Shown: positions 1 to 8,752, numbered from the stretch's first letter. The stretch: 15,208 nt of DNA from Oligoflexia bacterium (GCA_043732485.1 JAYTHP010000074.1:1-15208), one strand, 5' to 3'. A program made the numbers and translations. Notes: generated from the sequence alone by a model not told the origin.

Positions 1-89
1 AGCATGATGAGGGGGTGGCTTGCTTTTACTTTTAGGGTGATTTCTGATTTTTTTATCTTGGCGTTTAGCCCATCTAGTGAGAAACTCAT
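1..89 (-). mobile_element. N-terminus of a probable IS5-like transposase (partial, runs off the window edge)
   Basis: Not in the ORF track. Hand translation from the ATG at 89 gives MSFSLDGLNAKIKKSEITLKVKASHPLIM(L), open to the edge. The 'HPLxxL' motif at about residue 25 resembles the N-terminus of IS5-family transposases. It is preceded by a very AT-rich stretch (90-218) unlike the neighbouring genes. Only 29 codons are visible. Confidence 0.5.
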
Positions 90-218
90 TGGGCGCTGAT
101 TCTTTCTTTTTGTCTAAACTAAGAAGATCAGCATTTTTTTTTGATTTCAAGCTGTTTTTAAGCTAAAAAAAATTAAAATTCCCTTAAAATCCAAAAAATT
201 TGAGCTTAAAGGTCGATT

Positions 219-779
219 TTAGAAGTGAATTTCGCGGCAGCAACTATCTATGGCCGTCGTCGGGGCCGCCCAGGAGATTTTCTGCTCAGCCTCTGCGTCC
301 GAGCAGCGGAGGGTGATAATCCGGTGCGTCTCGGGTTGGTTGGGCGCGAAGTCGAGTGTGACGTCCCAGTGGCGTTGATCGCTCAGCTGTTGCTTGACGT
401 TGGGAAAAAGCGAGATCCACTCGCAAAGCTGAATGGCCTGAGGATCAAAGAAATACTCAAAAAGGCCGGCGTCTTGAATTTCACGCTCTTGAGTGAGCCG
501 ATAGAAGTCGAGGTGGAAGACCTTAAAAGCCGCGGTCGTGTATTCGAAGACCAGGCCAAACGTGGGGCTGCCTGCGAAGCCTTCGTGGGTTTTAAGGGCC
601 GTGAGTAGAAAGTCGACAAATGTGGTCTTGCCGGCACCTAAGGGGCCTTCTAAAAAAATGCGGTCCCTAGGCTCAAGGACTGCAGCCAGACTGAAGGCTA
701 TGTGCTCGAGTTGCGCTCTAGCGAAGCCATTGCCTGCAGGCGGCTTCAGGGCGTGATGGGGGGTTACGGGTGAGTTCAT
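219..779 (-). CDS. tsaE: tRNA threonylcarbamoyladenosine biosynthesis ATPase TsaE (YjeE)
   Basis: Walker A LEGPLGAGKTTFV, SPTF motif, HLDFYRL and CEW (typically IEW). It lies directly downstream of nnr, as in E. coli yjeF-yjeE. ATG 779 is preferred over TTG 803; the start is uncertain and overlaps the nnr 3' end. Confidence 0.95.
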   Translation of the reverse strand: MNSPVTPHHALKPPAGNGFARAQLEHIAFSLAAVLEPRDRIFLEGPLGAGKTTFVDFLLTALKTHEGFAGSPTFGLVFEYTTAAFKVFHLDFYRLTQEREIQDAGLFEYFFDPQAIQLCEWISLFPNVKQQLSDQRHWDVTLDFAPNQPETHRIITLRCSDAEAEQKISWAAPTTAIDSCCREIHF

Positions 780-2382
780 AAAAGGCCTCAGGTATTTTCT
801 CAATCAGCTGGGTGGCTGTCATGCATCGGCTGCCCCATTTTTGCGTTGCAAGCTCGCCTGCCAGACTATGGAGAAAGACGCCTAAAAGTGTTGCTTCTAG
901 CGCTTGCTGGCCTTGGGCCAATAGGCCGCCGATCATGCCTGATAGGACATCACCGCTGCCTGCCGTTGCCAGTCCATCATTGGGGCAATGATGGAGGTAG
1001 ACAATGCCTTGTGGGGAGGCAATAAAGGTGGTGGCTCCTTTGAGGAGCACCACGGCTTGGGTCCTCTCGGCGGTACTTCTCGTGCTCTCTAGGGGCTGGT
1101 CTAAAATCTGCTGCTGCTCAACGCCCAGCAAGTGGGCCATCTCTCCGGGGTGGGGGGTCAGCACTTTGGGAGCAGCGTGGTGCCGCAATCTGCTCAGCAA
1201 GCCTGGATGAGAAAGCGCACGCAGTGCTCCTGCGTCAAGCAGGAGGGGCTGGGAGGAGCGACTCAAGAGGTCTTCTAGCGCGCCATGCACCGCTTGGCTT
1301 TGCTCTGCATGACTCAGGCCAGGGCCAATGACTATGCTCGAGTAAGCGTGATAGGGATCTTTTTGTGCTGCCTGAGCTTCTGGCCTCTTTACGCGAGCAG
1401 GCGAAGAAGCAGTCTGAGGGGGATGAGATAACGCTCCCTGGAGGGACTCTAAAGTAAGCGCCATCGCTTCAAGCGGCAAGCGGTGGGTGAGCGCCTCAAA
1501 GTGATCTGCTCCGGTTGCCACCGTCACTAGCCCGGTGCCCATTTTGTGGCAACTTTGCGCAGCCATGGTGATTGATCCCAGCTGTCCTGCGCTCCCACCG
1601 ATCAGCAAGCAATGACCAAAGCTGTTTTTGTGGCCAAAGCGATCTCTCGGGGTTAAGAGCGTCTGGATGAACTCTGGGGTGAGCAAAAACTGCCGTCCCT
1701 CAGACGCCAAGTGGGGTGGCAGCGAGATGCCGACGTTCACTAGCTCACCGCGTGAGGTGGCGCCCGGGCGTAAAAAGTGACCCAGCTTTGGAAATCCAAA
1801 CGAGACGGTTAAATCTGCGGCAAGCGCCACTCCTTGAATCGCGCCGCTATCGGCATGAACGCCAGTCGGGAGGTCGAGTGCGATTTTATAGGCTTGGGAC
1901 TGGGCGTTCAGCAGTTCAATGAGTTCGTAAAAAAGCCCTTCAAGCTCAGAGTGCAAACCGATGCCTAAAATGCCATCCACCACCGCACACGGTTTTGTGG
2001 AGGCCTGGAAAAACTCCTGGAGTTCTGCAATGCTTTCCAGGTGGCTTAACTTCGCCTCCATTTTTTTGAGAATGGCAAAATTGTGCGCAGCAGCCCCGCG
2101 ATAGAGCGCCTCGTTTTGTAGATAAAACACCCTGACTTTTTTACCACAGCACAAAAGGTGCCTTGCGACCACAAAGGCATCGCCCGCGTTATTGCCTTTA
2201 CCAGCAAAAACCAGGATTTCTTGCTCGCGGAGAAGCGTTGGTAACTTTTCTAAAATAATTTTGGCAGCGTTCAGTCCCGCATTTTCCATGAGGATGAGGC
2301 CTTCGATTTGAAAATGCTTTTCAGCGAGGGTGTCGAGCGCTTTCATTTCGGATGCTAGGCAAACGCGCAGCGGGTACATCAT
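718..2382 (-). CDS. nnr: Bifunctional NAD(P)H-hydrate epimerase/dehydratase (YjeF; NnrE-NnrD fusion)
   Basis: N-domain motifs LMENAG, GKGNNAGD, VDGILGIG and DLPTG. C-domain motifs HKNSFG, IGPGL, TPHPGEM, LKGA and LATAGSGDVLSG. The start is likely ATG 2382 or 2379 rather than TTG 2418. Confidence 0.95.
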   Translation of the reverse strand: MMYPLRVCLASEMKALDTLAEKHFQIEGLILMENAGLNAAKIILEKLPTLLREQEILVFAGKGNNAGDAFVVARHLLCCGKKVRVFYLQNEALYRGAAAHNFAILKKMEAKLSHLESIAELQEFFQASTKPCAVVDGILGIGLHSELEGLFYELIELLNAQSQAYKIALDLPTGVHADSGAIQGVALAADLTVSFGFPKLGHFLRPGATSRGELVNVGISLPPHLASEGRQFLLTPEFIQTLLTPRDRFGHKNSFGHCLLIGGSAGQLGSITMAAQSCHKMGTGLVTVATGADHFEALTHRLPLEAMALTLESLQGALSHPPQTASSPARVKRPEAQAAQKDPYHAYSSIVIGPGLSHAEQSQAVHGALEDLLSRSSQPLLLDAGALRALSHPGLLSRLRHHAAPKVLTPHPGEMAHLLGVEQQQILDQPLESTRSTAERTQAVVLLKGATTFIASPQGIVYLHHCPNDGLATAGSGDVLSGMIGGLLAQGQQALEATLLGVFLHSLAGELATQKWGSRCMTATQLIEKIPEAFYELTRNPPSRPEAACRQWLR

Positions 2383-2500
2383 GAACTTAAGTTCAGCACA
2401 AAAAATTATGAGACGCAAGTCGTTAAGCCACGAGATCGGTAAAATGCTTCAACGGGGTCTTGGGAGGGCAGGCAGTTGGTGGTGTGGTTCAGTGGATGAT

Positions 2501-3808
2501 TCAGTGGGATTGAGATTTTGCGGCGCTCAGAAACATCGGCAAGACGAGCTCTAAGGCCTGCGTGAGTGAGCAATCGGAAAAAAAGACCACCAGCCCTGAG
2601 CAGGAGTTGACCTCACCCGTGCGCACCAGCAGCAGCCATTCTTGGGCTTTAGCGCCAAAGGCTAGGCGAAAGGCGCTGAGACTCACCTCGGCGTCTTCCG
2701 GTTGCGCGTTACCCGGTGTATCGGGTCCCAGATCAAGATGGCCGACACTCAAGAAGCTCGACCACAGTTCAGGCGCAAGGGTCGGGTCCCAGATCAACCC
2801 TGTCCACAACCCTGCCCGCTCCAGCGGGTGCACTGCTGCTATCGCCTTAAAGACCGGCCAAGGCTTGGTGGGATGAAGACTGCTTGAAATGGCGAGAAAA
2901 AGGGCAGAGTTTGCTCCTTGTTGCATCAAGATCTTGATCCCCTGACGCAGAGGGTCAGCGCCGGTCTGAGTGCCCTCGGTCTTCCACTGCGAGATGGGGT
3001 GGTGAACCACAGGTTTCAACTTCTTGACTTGGCGCGCGATAATCCTGGACAGTGGGGTCTGCTGGGTTCCGGTCGGCGTCGGAGTAGAAACGGTGGCAGT
3101 CACCTGCGGGGGAGATGCCGCAGGCGGCAGAGACGGTGGTGTGAGGGATACTGTGGGTGATGATGACACAGTGCCTTGCCCTGTGGCTTGATCATGAAGC
3201 GACATGAGCACTATTTTTTCCGGCTCAGCAGGGCTCAGCTCAAGTTCCTGCACGGCCTCCTGCTTAGGGGCCGGCTTGACCGCAGCAGGGAGGAGGGCTG
3301 ATGATGGGGCGGGTGCTGTCGGCGAGATTGAAACTAAGGACGCAGAGGAAGACGGCGACGAGGAGGCGGGGGGCTTGGTTGCCGTGTCGCGCGTGAAAGT
3401 GATCGAAGGATCAAGCGGGGTAGACGCGCGAATCCGTTTCTCGCGGTTGGCTTTCACTAAGGTGGCTTCTCGAGGCGGCGGGGGAGGAGCAATCAGGGTA
3501 AATACTGATTTTTCTTTAATTTTTTTGTCTTTTGACTCGTTTTCCTCTGGCGGCGCTGGCGTGAGATCGCTCAACGAGGTTTCTGTGATCGGGGTGGCGA
3601 TTTCTTGGGAAAGGTCCCGCGCAGGTAATGCCTTTTGCTTTTTGGCTTGCGCCGTTTGCCTTGAGGCATGCAGCTGAAGCATCTTCCGATTGAGCAGCTT
3701 AGAGACGCTAGGGATCTCAGCGTTTTCCCTCGAATAGTCTTTCTCAGCGGTTGCTTCAGTCTCAGTAGAAGCGGTGCCGGATTCGTTTTTGCTTTTTTGA
3801 TCGCTCAT
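2501..3808 (-). CDS. Hypothetical protein with a long Pro/Ser/Thr/Ala-rich low-complexity region and a ~160-aa globular C-terminal domain
   Basis: Long ORF co-oriented with nnr-tsaE. ATG 3808 is preceded by an SD-like GGGAG about 8 nt upstream. No recognisable family motif. Confidence 0.8.
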   Translation of the reverse strand: MSDQKSKNESGTASTETEATAEKDYSRENAEIPSVSKLLNRKMLQLHASRQTAQAKKQKALPARDLSQEIATPITETSLSDLTPAPPEENESKDKKIKEKSVFTLIAPPPPPREATLVKANREKRIRASTPLDPSITFTRDTATKPPASSSPSSSASLVSISPTAPAPSSALLPAAVKPAPKQEAVQELELSPAEPEKIVLMSLHDQATGQGTVSSSPTVSLTPPSLPPAASPPQVTATVSTPTPTGTQQTPLSRIIARQVKKLKPVVHHPISQWKTEGTQTGADPLRQGIKILMQQGANSALFLAISSSLHPTKPWPVFKAIAAVHPLERAGLWTGLIWDPTLAPELWSSFLSVGHLDLGPDTPGNAQPEDAEVSLSAFRLAFGAKAQEWLLLVRTGEVNSCSGLVVFFSDCSLTQALELVLPMFLSAAKSQSH

Positions 3809-4013
3809 AAAAATGGCTCCCAAGAAACTCCTGCAGCACGCTAAAAACAGCGTAAAGAAAGGGAGGCTCTTGCAGAAAGGTTTTGATATTAAATCGGCTG
3901 TTTCAGGCTAGAAATAAAGCCCTTGTTTGCACCCAAAGCGTCAAAGTTTTCCGAAAGCAGGACGAATCACTGGCGAAGTATCGTCAAAAGCCTGACTAAC
4001 GTTATCTATGACT

Positions 4014-4038
4014 TGATTCGATTGATTCGCGTGATTCG
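4014..4038. repeat. Three direct copies of TGATTCG at 9-nt spacing, with an inverted copy at 3963-3969
   Basis: TGATTCG starts at 4014, 4023 and 4032, and CGAATCA starts at 3963. All lie in the divergent intergenic region. Confidence 0.6.
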
Positions 4039-4065
4039 GCTGAGGGCTGCAGGGATGAGAAGTAG

Positions 4066-4094
4066 TTGACGGCAACGATAGGACATGATAATTT
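4066..4094 (+). promoter_or_regulatory. Sigma70-type promoter for the Rrf2-desulfurase-mnmA operon
   Basis: TTGACG (4066-4071), a 17-nt spacer and TAATTT (4089-4094), with an extended -10 TG at 4086-4087. An SD-like AAGGGAG at 4115-4121 precedes ATG 4131. Confidence 0.6.
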
Positions 4095-4130
4095 AAAAGC
4101 TAACTTTAGCGGCAAAGGGAGAAAATAGTC

Positions 4131-4652
4131 ATGCGCTTAACCTCAAAAGGACGGTATGCTGTTCGTGCAGTTTTAGATCTCACGTTCCACTCGCATGGTC
4201 GCCCCGTGCGATTGCAGGAAATCTCGGAACGGCAGAGGATCTCGCTGCATTATCTCGAGCAGTTGTTTCGTCGCTTACGCAAAGGTCTCGTGGTTAAAAG
4301 TGTGCGCGGTCCAGGGGGCGGTTATGTTTTATCGCGCTCGATGGATGAAATTGCGGTCAAAGACATCTTAACGAGCGTGGGGGAAAACATTAACCCAGCG
4401 CTGGATATCGTCGGCACCGGGGACATCAAGAGCGACACCGTGGAGTTTGTGATCACCAAGAGTTACTTCGAGAACTTAGGGTCAATCATGCAAGAGTATT
4501 TGATTGCAACCTCAGTCGGTGATCTGATGCGCAAAGCCAGAGGCAACCAAGAAGCTTTTAAAACGCCTGCGGCTGATGTGGCGCTGGAGATGAGTAGCTT
4601 TATTTTGTCGGATGCGGAAGTGAATTTTGAAAAAGGCTCTGACCTATCTTGA
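4131..4652 (+). CDS. Rrf2-family (IscR/CymR-like) transcriptional regulator lacking all cysteines
   Basis: [21 protein letters not shown] and SVRGPGGGY closely match the IscR/CymR winged helix. There is no Cys anywhere in the translation. Confidence 0.93.
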   Translation: MRLTSKGRYAVRAVLDLTFHSHGRPVRLQEISERQRISLHYLEQLFRRLRKGLVVKSVRGPGGGYVLSRSMDEIAVKDILTSVGENINPALDIVGTGDIKSDTVEFVITKSYFENLGSIMQEYLIATSVGDLMRKARGNQEAFKTPAADVALEMSSFILSDAEVNFEKGSDLS

Positions 4653-5838
4653 TGCCAATGCGGGCGTTCCTCTTAAGCCTGCCGTAAAAGCAGCGCTGCA
4701 AGCTCACCTTGATCAAGCGCCGCTTTTTAATGCTTCTAGTATCCATGCGGCCGGAAGGTCAGCCAAGCGATTACTGGCAGAAGCACGCGAGCGTGTTACC
4801 CACACTTTAGGTCAAAATACGGACTCTGAGCAACTGGTTTTCACGTCCTCTGGTACCGAGGCCAATCAGCTGGTGATTCGTTCGGTCTTTGAAAAAGAGT
4901 TGCTGCTGTCATCTGCGTCCGCAGGGAGCGGTAAATTGCATTGGATCACGTCCGAGCTGGAGCATGATTCTAATCGACAGATGCAGCAGTGGCTTGTGGA
5001 GCGTGGTGGTCGGGTGAGTTGTTTGCCCACGCTTGCCACAGGCGAGATTGATCTTGAGCCGCTGACGGAACTTTTGCAAGCCGATACGGCCCTGATCAGT
5101 TTGGTTTGGGGCAACAATGAGACGGGCGTTTTGCTGGATCTTGAGCGGTTGGCACAACTACTGGGGAAGCTCCAGGCGGTGTTAGTGCACCTGGACGGAG
5201 TTCAGATCTGGGGCAAGCGTGAGATTCATTTTGAGGACTTGCCTGCGCATTTTTTAACGCTGTCAGGTCACAAGATCGGAGCGCTTGCGGGGGTGGGAGC
5301 GGTGTATGTTCGACCGGGGACCAGGCTGAGTGGCCTGTTACTGGGAAAACAAGAGAAAGGTCGCAGAGGAGGCTCAGAAAACCTGCTAGGCGTCCTTTCC
5401 ATGGGAGTGGCGGCGCAAAGGCTTACGCCGCAGTCGTGGTCCGATTCCGTGGAGGGGTTGCGCGATCGTTTTGAGCGGGAGTTGAGTGGCAAAATCGCAG
5501 GGGTGCGGATTAATGGACGCGGCGCACCTCGCATTGCGAATACCAGCAACGTGAGTTTTGAGGGAATTCAAGGCGAGGGGTTGGTCTTAGCCCTTGATTT
5601 GTCAGGTTTTTGTGTCAGTGCAGGATCAGCTTGCGCCAGCGGCGCACTGGAGCCGTCCCACGTTTTAATGGCAATGGGTCGGACCCGGGATGAAGCTGCG
5701 GCCTCTTTGAGGATCTCCTTGGTGGATGCGGTGGCTTGGGAAGTTTTGCAGGAGTTGATCGTGGAGCTTGATAAAATTGTGAGTCGCATGCGAGGAGTAT
5801 CAAAGTGTTACAACAGAACGATAAAAAACGAATCTTAA
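4627..5838 (+). CDS. Group I (IscS/NifS-type) PLP-dependent cysteine desulfurase
   Basis: [30 protein letters not shown] (PLP lysine) and SAGSAC (catalytic Cys), followed by EPSHVL. The TTG start overlaps the Rrf2 3' end. Confidence 0.93.
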   Translation: MKKALTYLDANAGVPLKPAVKAALQAHLDQAPLFNASSIHAAGRSAKRLLAEARERVTHTLGQNTDSEQLVFTSSGTEANQLVIRSVFEKELLLSSASAGSGKLHWITSELEHDSNRQMQQWLVERGGRVSCLPTLATGEIDLEPLTELLQADTALISLVWGNNETGVLLDLERLAQLLGKLQAVLVHLDGVQIWGKREIHFEDLPAHFLTLSGHKIGALAGVGAVYVRPGTRLSGLLLGKQEKGRRGGSENLLGVLSMGVAAQRLTPQSWSDSVEGLRDRFERELSGKIAGVRINGRGAPRIANTSNVSFEGIQGEGLVLALDLSGFCVSAGSACASGALEPSHVLMAMGRTRDEAAASLRISLVDAVAWEVLQELIVELDKIVSRMRGVSKCYNRTIKNES

Positions 5839-6941
5839 TGGCCATGAGTGGCGGAGTCGATAGCTCGGTTGCTGCGGCCTTGTTAAAGAATCAAGGTCAT
5901 GAAGTCATTGGGGTTCATTTACAACTCTGGGATCATGGTGAAAAAAATCTCGAGCGTTTTGGTGGCAGGTGTTGCTCGCTGATTGATGCCAATGACGCCA
6001 GACGAGTTTGCGACAAAATCGATATTCCTTACTATGTGATTAACGCGCAAGAGGTTTTTCAAGAAGAAGTGGTCGATTACTTCGTCCACGAGTACTTACA
6101 AAACCGGACGCCTAATCCTTGCGCACAGTGTAATCAGAAGATCAAATTCAGCTATTTGTTTCAAAAAGCCGATGAATTAGGCTGTTCTTATGTGGCCACC
6201 GGCCATTACGCCCAAGTCGTTCAGGATCCCACCACTCAGAAATTTTGCTTAGTCAAATCAACGGACTTGCAAAAAGATCAAAGTTATTTTCTCTTTGGCC
6301 TCACGCAAAAAGCTTTGGCGCGGACCCTGATGCCCTTGGGCGGTTTGACCAAGATGATGGTGCGCAGTCTGGCTGAGAGTTATCAGCTGCTCAATGCCCA
6401 AAAGGCTGACAGTCAAGAGATCTGCTTTATTGGCTCTGAAGGTTATAAGAAATTCATCGACCAGCGCGTTTCCCCTGCTTTACGGCCGGGTGGGCTGATT
6501 CGCACCGTGGAAGGGGAAATCTTAGGGGAGCATACCGGCTTACACGGCTTTACCATTGGCCAAAGAAAGGGTCTGAAGCTTGCGACGAAAAGCAGTGAAG
6601 AGTTCTTTGTCGTAGGCTTTGATGCCACCACCCGCAGTCTGATTGTTGGGCCAGAAAAATACCTCTATCACGAAAACGTCGTGGCTTCGCAAGTCAACTG
6701 GATCACCCCTCAACAGCATCAGCAGCCGGGCCATCCCACCGGCAGTTTTACCTGCCAAGCGAAAATTAGATCGAGGCACGAAGAGGCAACTTGTCAGGTC
6801 ACTTGCTTTGAGAATGACCGCGCTGCAGTGAACTTTTTAGAGCCGCAACGGGCCATTACCCCAGGTCAGGCCATCGTTTTTTATCAAAACGATCAGGTGT
6901 TAGGCGGCGGCTATATAGAATCGACCACGAAGCTGGTTTGA
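5805..6941 (+). CDS. mnmA: tRNA-specific 2-thiouridylase MnmA
   Basis: PP-loop AMSGGVDSS, TPNPCAQCN, ATGHYA, KDQSYFL, DSQEICF, FTIGQRKGL and TPGQ. GTG start with SD GAGGAG at 5792-5797. Confidence 0.97.
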   Translation: MLQQNDKKRILMAMSGGVDSSVAAALLKNQGHEVIGVHLQLWDHGEKNLERFGGRCCSLIDANDARRVCDKIDIPYYVINAQEVFQEEVVDYFVHEYLQNRTPNPCAQCNQKIKFSYLFQKADELGCSYVATGHYAQVVQDPTTQKFCLVKSTDLQKDQSYFLFGLTQKALARTLMPLGGLTKMMVRSLAESYQLLNAQKADSQEICFIGSEGYKKFIDQRVSPALRPGGLIRTVEGEILGEHTGLHGFTIGQRKGLKLATKSSEEFFVVGFDATTRSLIVGPEKYLYHENVVASQVNWITPQQHQQPGHPTGSFTCQAKIRSRHEEATCQVTCFENDRAAVNFLEPQRAITPGQAIVFYQNDQVLGGGYIESTTKLV

Positions 6942-6948
6942 GCGGGGG

Positions 6949-6968
6949 CCGCCGTCCTTGGGCGGCGG
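6949..6968 (+). other. GC-rich stem-loop immediately after mnmA (possible terminator or mRNA stabiliser)
   Basis: CCGCCGTC-cttg-GGCGGCGG forms an 8-bp stem with one G-U pair. No U-tract follows, so it is not a canonical intrinsic terminator. Confidence 0.45.
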
Positions 6969-7024
6969 GGGTTGAACGCACACAGGCGCAGAACGCTCCA
7001 CTCCCCTCCACGTCTGCTTATTAA

Positions 7025-7053
7025 TTGACTTTTTTTAAACTTTGTTATAAAAG
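7025..7053 (+). promoter_or_regulatory. Candidate sigma70 promoter for rnc-era-der
   Basis: TTGACT at 7025-7030 and TGtTATAAA at 7043-7051 in an AT-rich patch. The spacer is 15 nt to TATAAA or 17 nt to TAAAAG. Confidence 0.5.
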
Positions 7054-7059
7054 CAAGTC

Positions 7060-7800
7060 GTGCAAGCGCTTGAAAAAAAAATAAATTATTTATTTAAGGA
7101 CAAAAAGCTACTGCGGCAAGCTTTAACTCATAAATCCTATGGTCACGAGCAGGTCTTTGCGCAGACCGCCCAGGTGTCCGATAACGAGCGCTTGGAGTTT
7201 TTAGGTGATGCGATCGTGGATTGTGCAGTTGCGGAAATGCTGTACAAGCGCTTTCCTGAGGAGCCCGAAGGGTCGCTTTCAAAAATGCGGGCCAAGCTGG
7301 TGAATGACCGCACTTTGTCGGCGGTTGCAGCGGGCTTAGAACTTAATCAGTTTATCTTGTTAGGCAAAGGGGAAAGTCGCAGCAAGGGCGGTGAAAAAAC
7401 CTCAATTCTTGCGGGTACTTTAGAGGCTTTAATTGCTGCGATCTTCTTAGATGGCGGGGTAGAGAGTGCTTACAGGGCTGTGGCGCAGTTGTTCCAGGCG
7501 CATTTGAGTGCTTTGGAGCAAGTGGCAGGTGACGGCGTACAGGCGGGGGCGGAGTTCGTGGATTTTTACGACTCGAAGTCTCAGTTACAGGAGCTGACCC
7601 ATGCTCAGTGGAAAGCCACTCCGACTTATCAGTTTACTACAAAAGGCCCTGATCATGCTCGCTGTTACGAGATTGAAGTCAGCGTCAATGGTAAAATTTT
7701 AGCAGCTGCGTCGGGTTCTTCGAAAAAAAGTGCTGAGCAGGCGGCTGCAAGACAGGCTCTCGTTTTGATGAGCCAAGGGGGGAGTACACTGGATGGGTGA
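7060..7800 (+). CDS. rnc: Ribonuclease III
   Basis: ALTHKS, signature NERLEFLGDA, EGSLSKMRA, EALIAAIFLDGG and a C-terminal dsRBD (KSQLQE...GPDH...SKKSAEQAAA). Confidence 0.97.
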   Translation: MQALEKKINYLFKDKKLLRQALTHKSYGHEQVFAQTAQVSDNERLEFLGDAIVDCAVAEMLYKRFPEEPEGSLSKMRAKLVNDRTLSAVAAGLELNQFILLGKGESRSKGGEKTSILAGTLEALIAAIFLDGGVESAYRAVAQLFQAHLSALEQVAGDGVQAGAEFVDFYDSKSQLQELTHAQWKATPTYQFTTKGPDHARCYEIEVSVNGKILAAASGSSKKSAEQAAARQALVLMSQGGSTLDG

Positions 7801-8752
7801 AAATCAAAAATTTGGTCAAATCACTTTAGTAGGTCGCCCCAATGCCGGGAAATCGACCTTGATGAACACCCTACTCGGAACGCCTCTGTCGCTCGTGTCG
7901 CCGAAGGCCCAGGTGTCTCGGGAAAGAGTGCGGGGAATCCTGACGGTCGACGAAGGGCAAATAGTTTTTACCGACACGCCAGGCATCCATCAGGCGCGCG
8001 AAGGTGGCTTGAATCATTATATGATGTCTGAGGCCAAGGCGGCTTTGCGAGGAGCCGATTTGATTTGGTATTTGGTGGATCCGCACTCTCAGCTCATCTA
8101 CGAAGAAAAGGTGCTGGAGGTGTTGCAGCAGCGCTCCAATGCGGCATCCAAGGAGGAGAGGCCTTTATTTTTGCTGATGAACAAGATGGATCTTCCGGTG
8201 CATCAGTTGCCGCAAGGCGTGTTGAAACGCGCGCAGTTAGCCTCCGAACTAGAAGGTGAATTACAAAAAGCTGGTTACCGGGTGACGGTTTTTGAAGTGG
8301 CAGGGGCCCAGAGTGAGAGTCTAGCGGATTTGATGACGGCGAGTTGGGCACAGCTGCCGGTGGGTGCTCCCCGTTTTGCCGATGCCGAGCAGATCTCAGA
8401 TCGCCCGATGCGTTATTTTGTCGCTGAGAAGATCCGCGGACAGCTTTTTGCCCTGATGGGGGATGAGATTCCCTATTCGTGCGGGGTGGAGATCACGGAG
8501 TATCAGGAAGATCTGCAGCCGATTCGGATTGAGGCGATGGTTTATGTGGAGCGAGAGTCGCAAAAAGGGATGGTGATTGGTCAGGGCGCAAAAAAGATTA
8601 AGGAAATTGGGATTCGGGCGAGGCAAGAGATCGAAGACTTCTTGGGCGCCCCGATTTACTTGGGACTGAAGGTAAAAGTCTTAACCAAGTGGACACAAAA
8701 CGCTGAGTATCTGAAAAAACTAGGGTACGCTGCCACCAAAGGGGGCTTTTGA
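7793..8752 (+). CDS. era: GTPase Era
   Basis: G1 GRPNAGKST, G3 DTPG, G4 NKMD, EIPYS and the KH-domain motif SQKGMVIG...KKIKEIG. It overlaps the rnc stop and has an SD GGGGAG upstream. Confidence 0.96.
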   Translation: MGENQKFGQITLVGRPNAGKSTLMNTLLGTPLSLVSPKAQVSRERVRGILTVDEGQIVFTDTPGIHQAREGGLNHYMMSEAKAALRGADLIWYLVDPHSQLIYEEKVLEVLQQRSNAASKEERPLFLLMNKMDLPVHQLPQGVLKRAQLASELEGELQKAGYRVTVFEVAGAQSESLADLMTASWAQLPVGAPRFADAEQISDRPMRYFVAEKIRGQLFALMGDEIPYSCGVEITEYQEDLQPIRIEAMVYVERESQKGMVIGQGAKKIKEIGIRARQEIEDFLGAPIYLGLKVKVLTKWTQNAEYLKKLGYAATKGGF

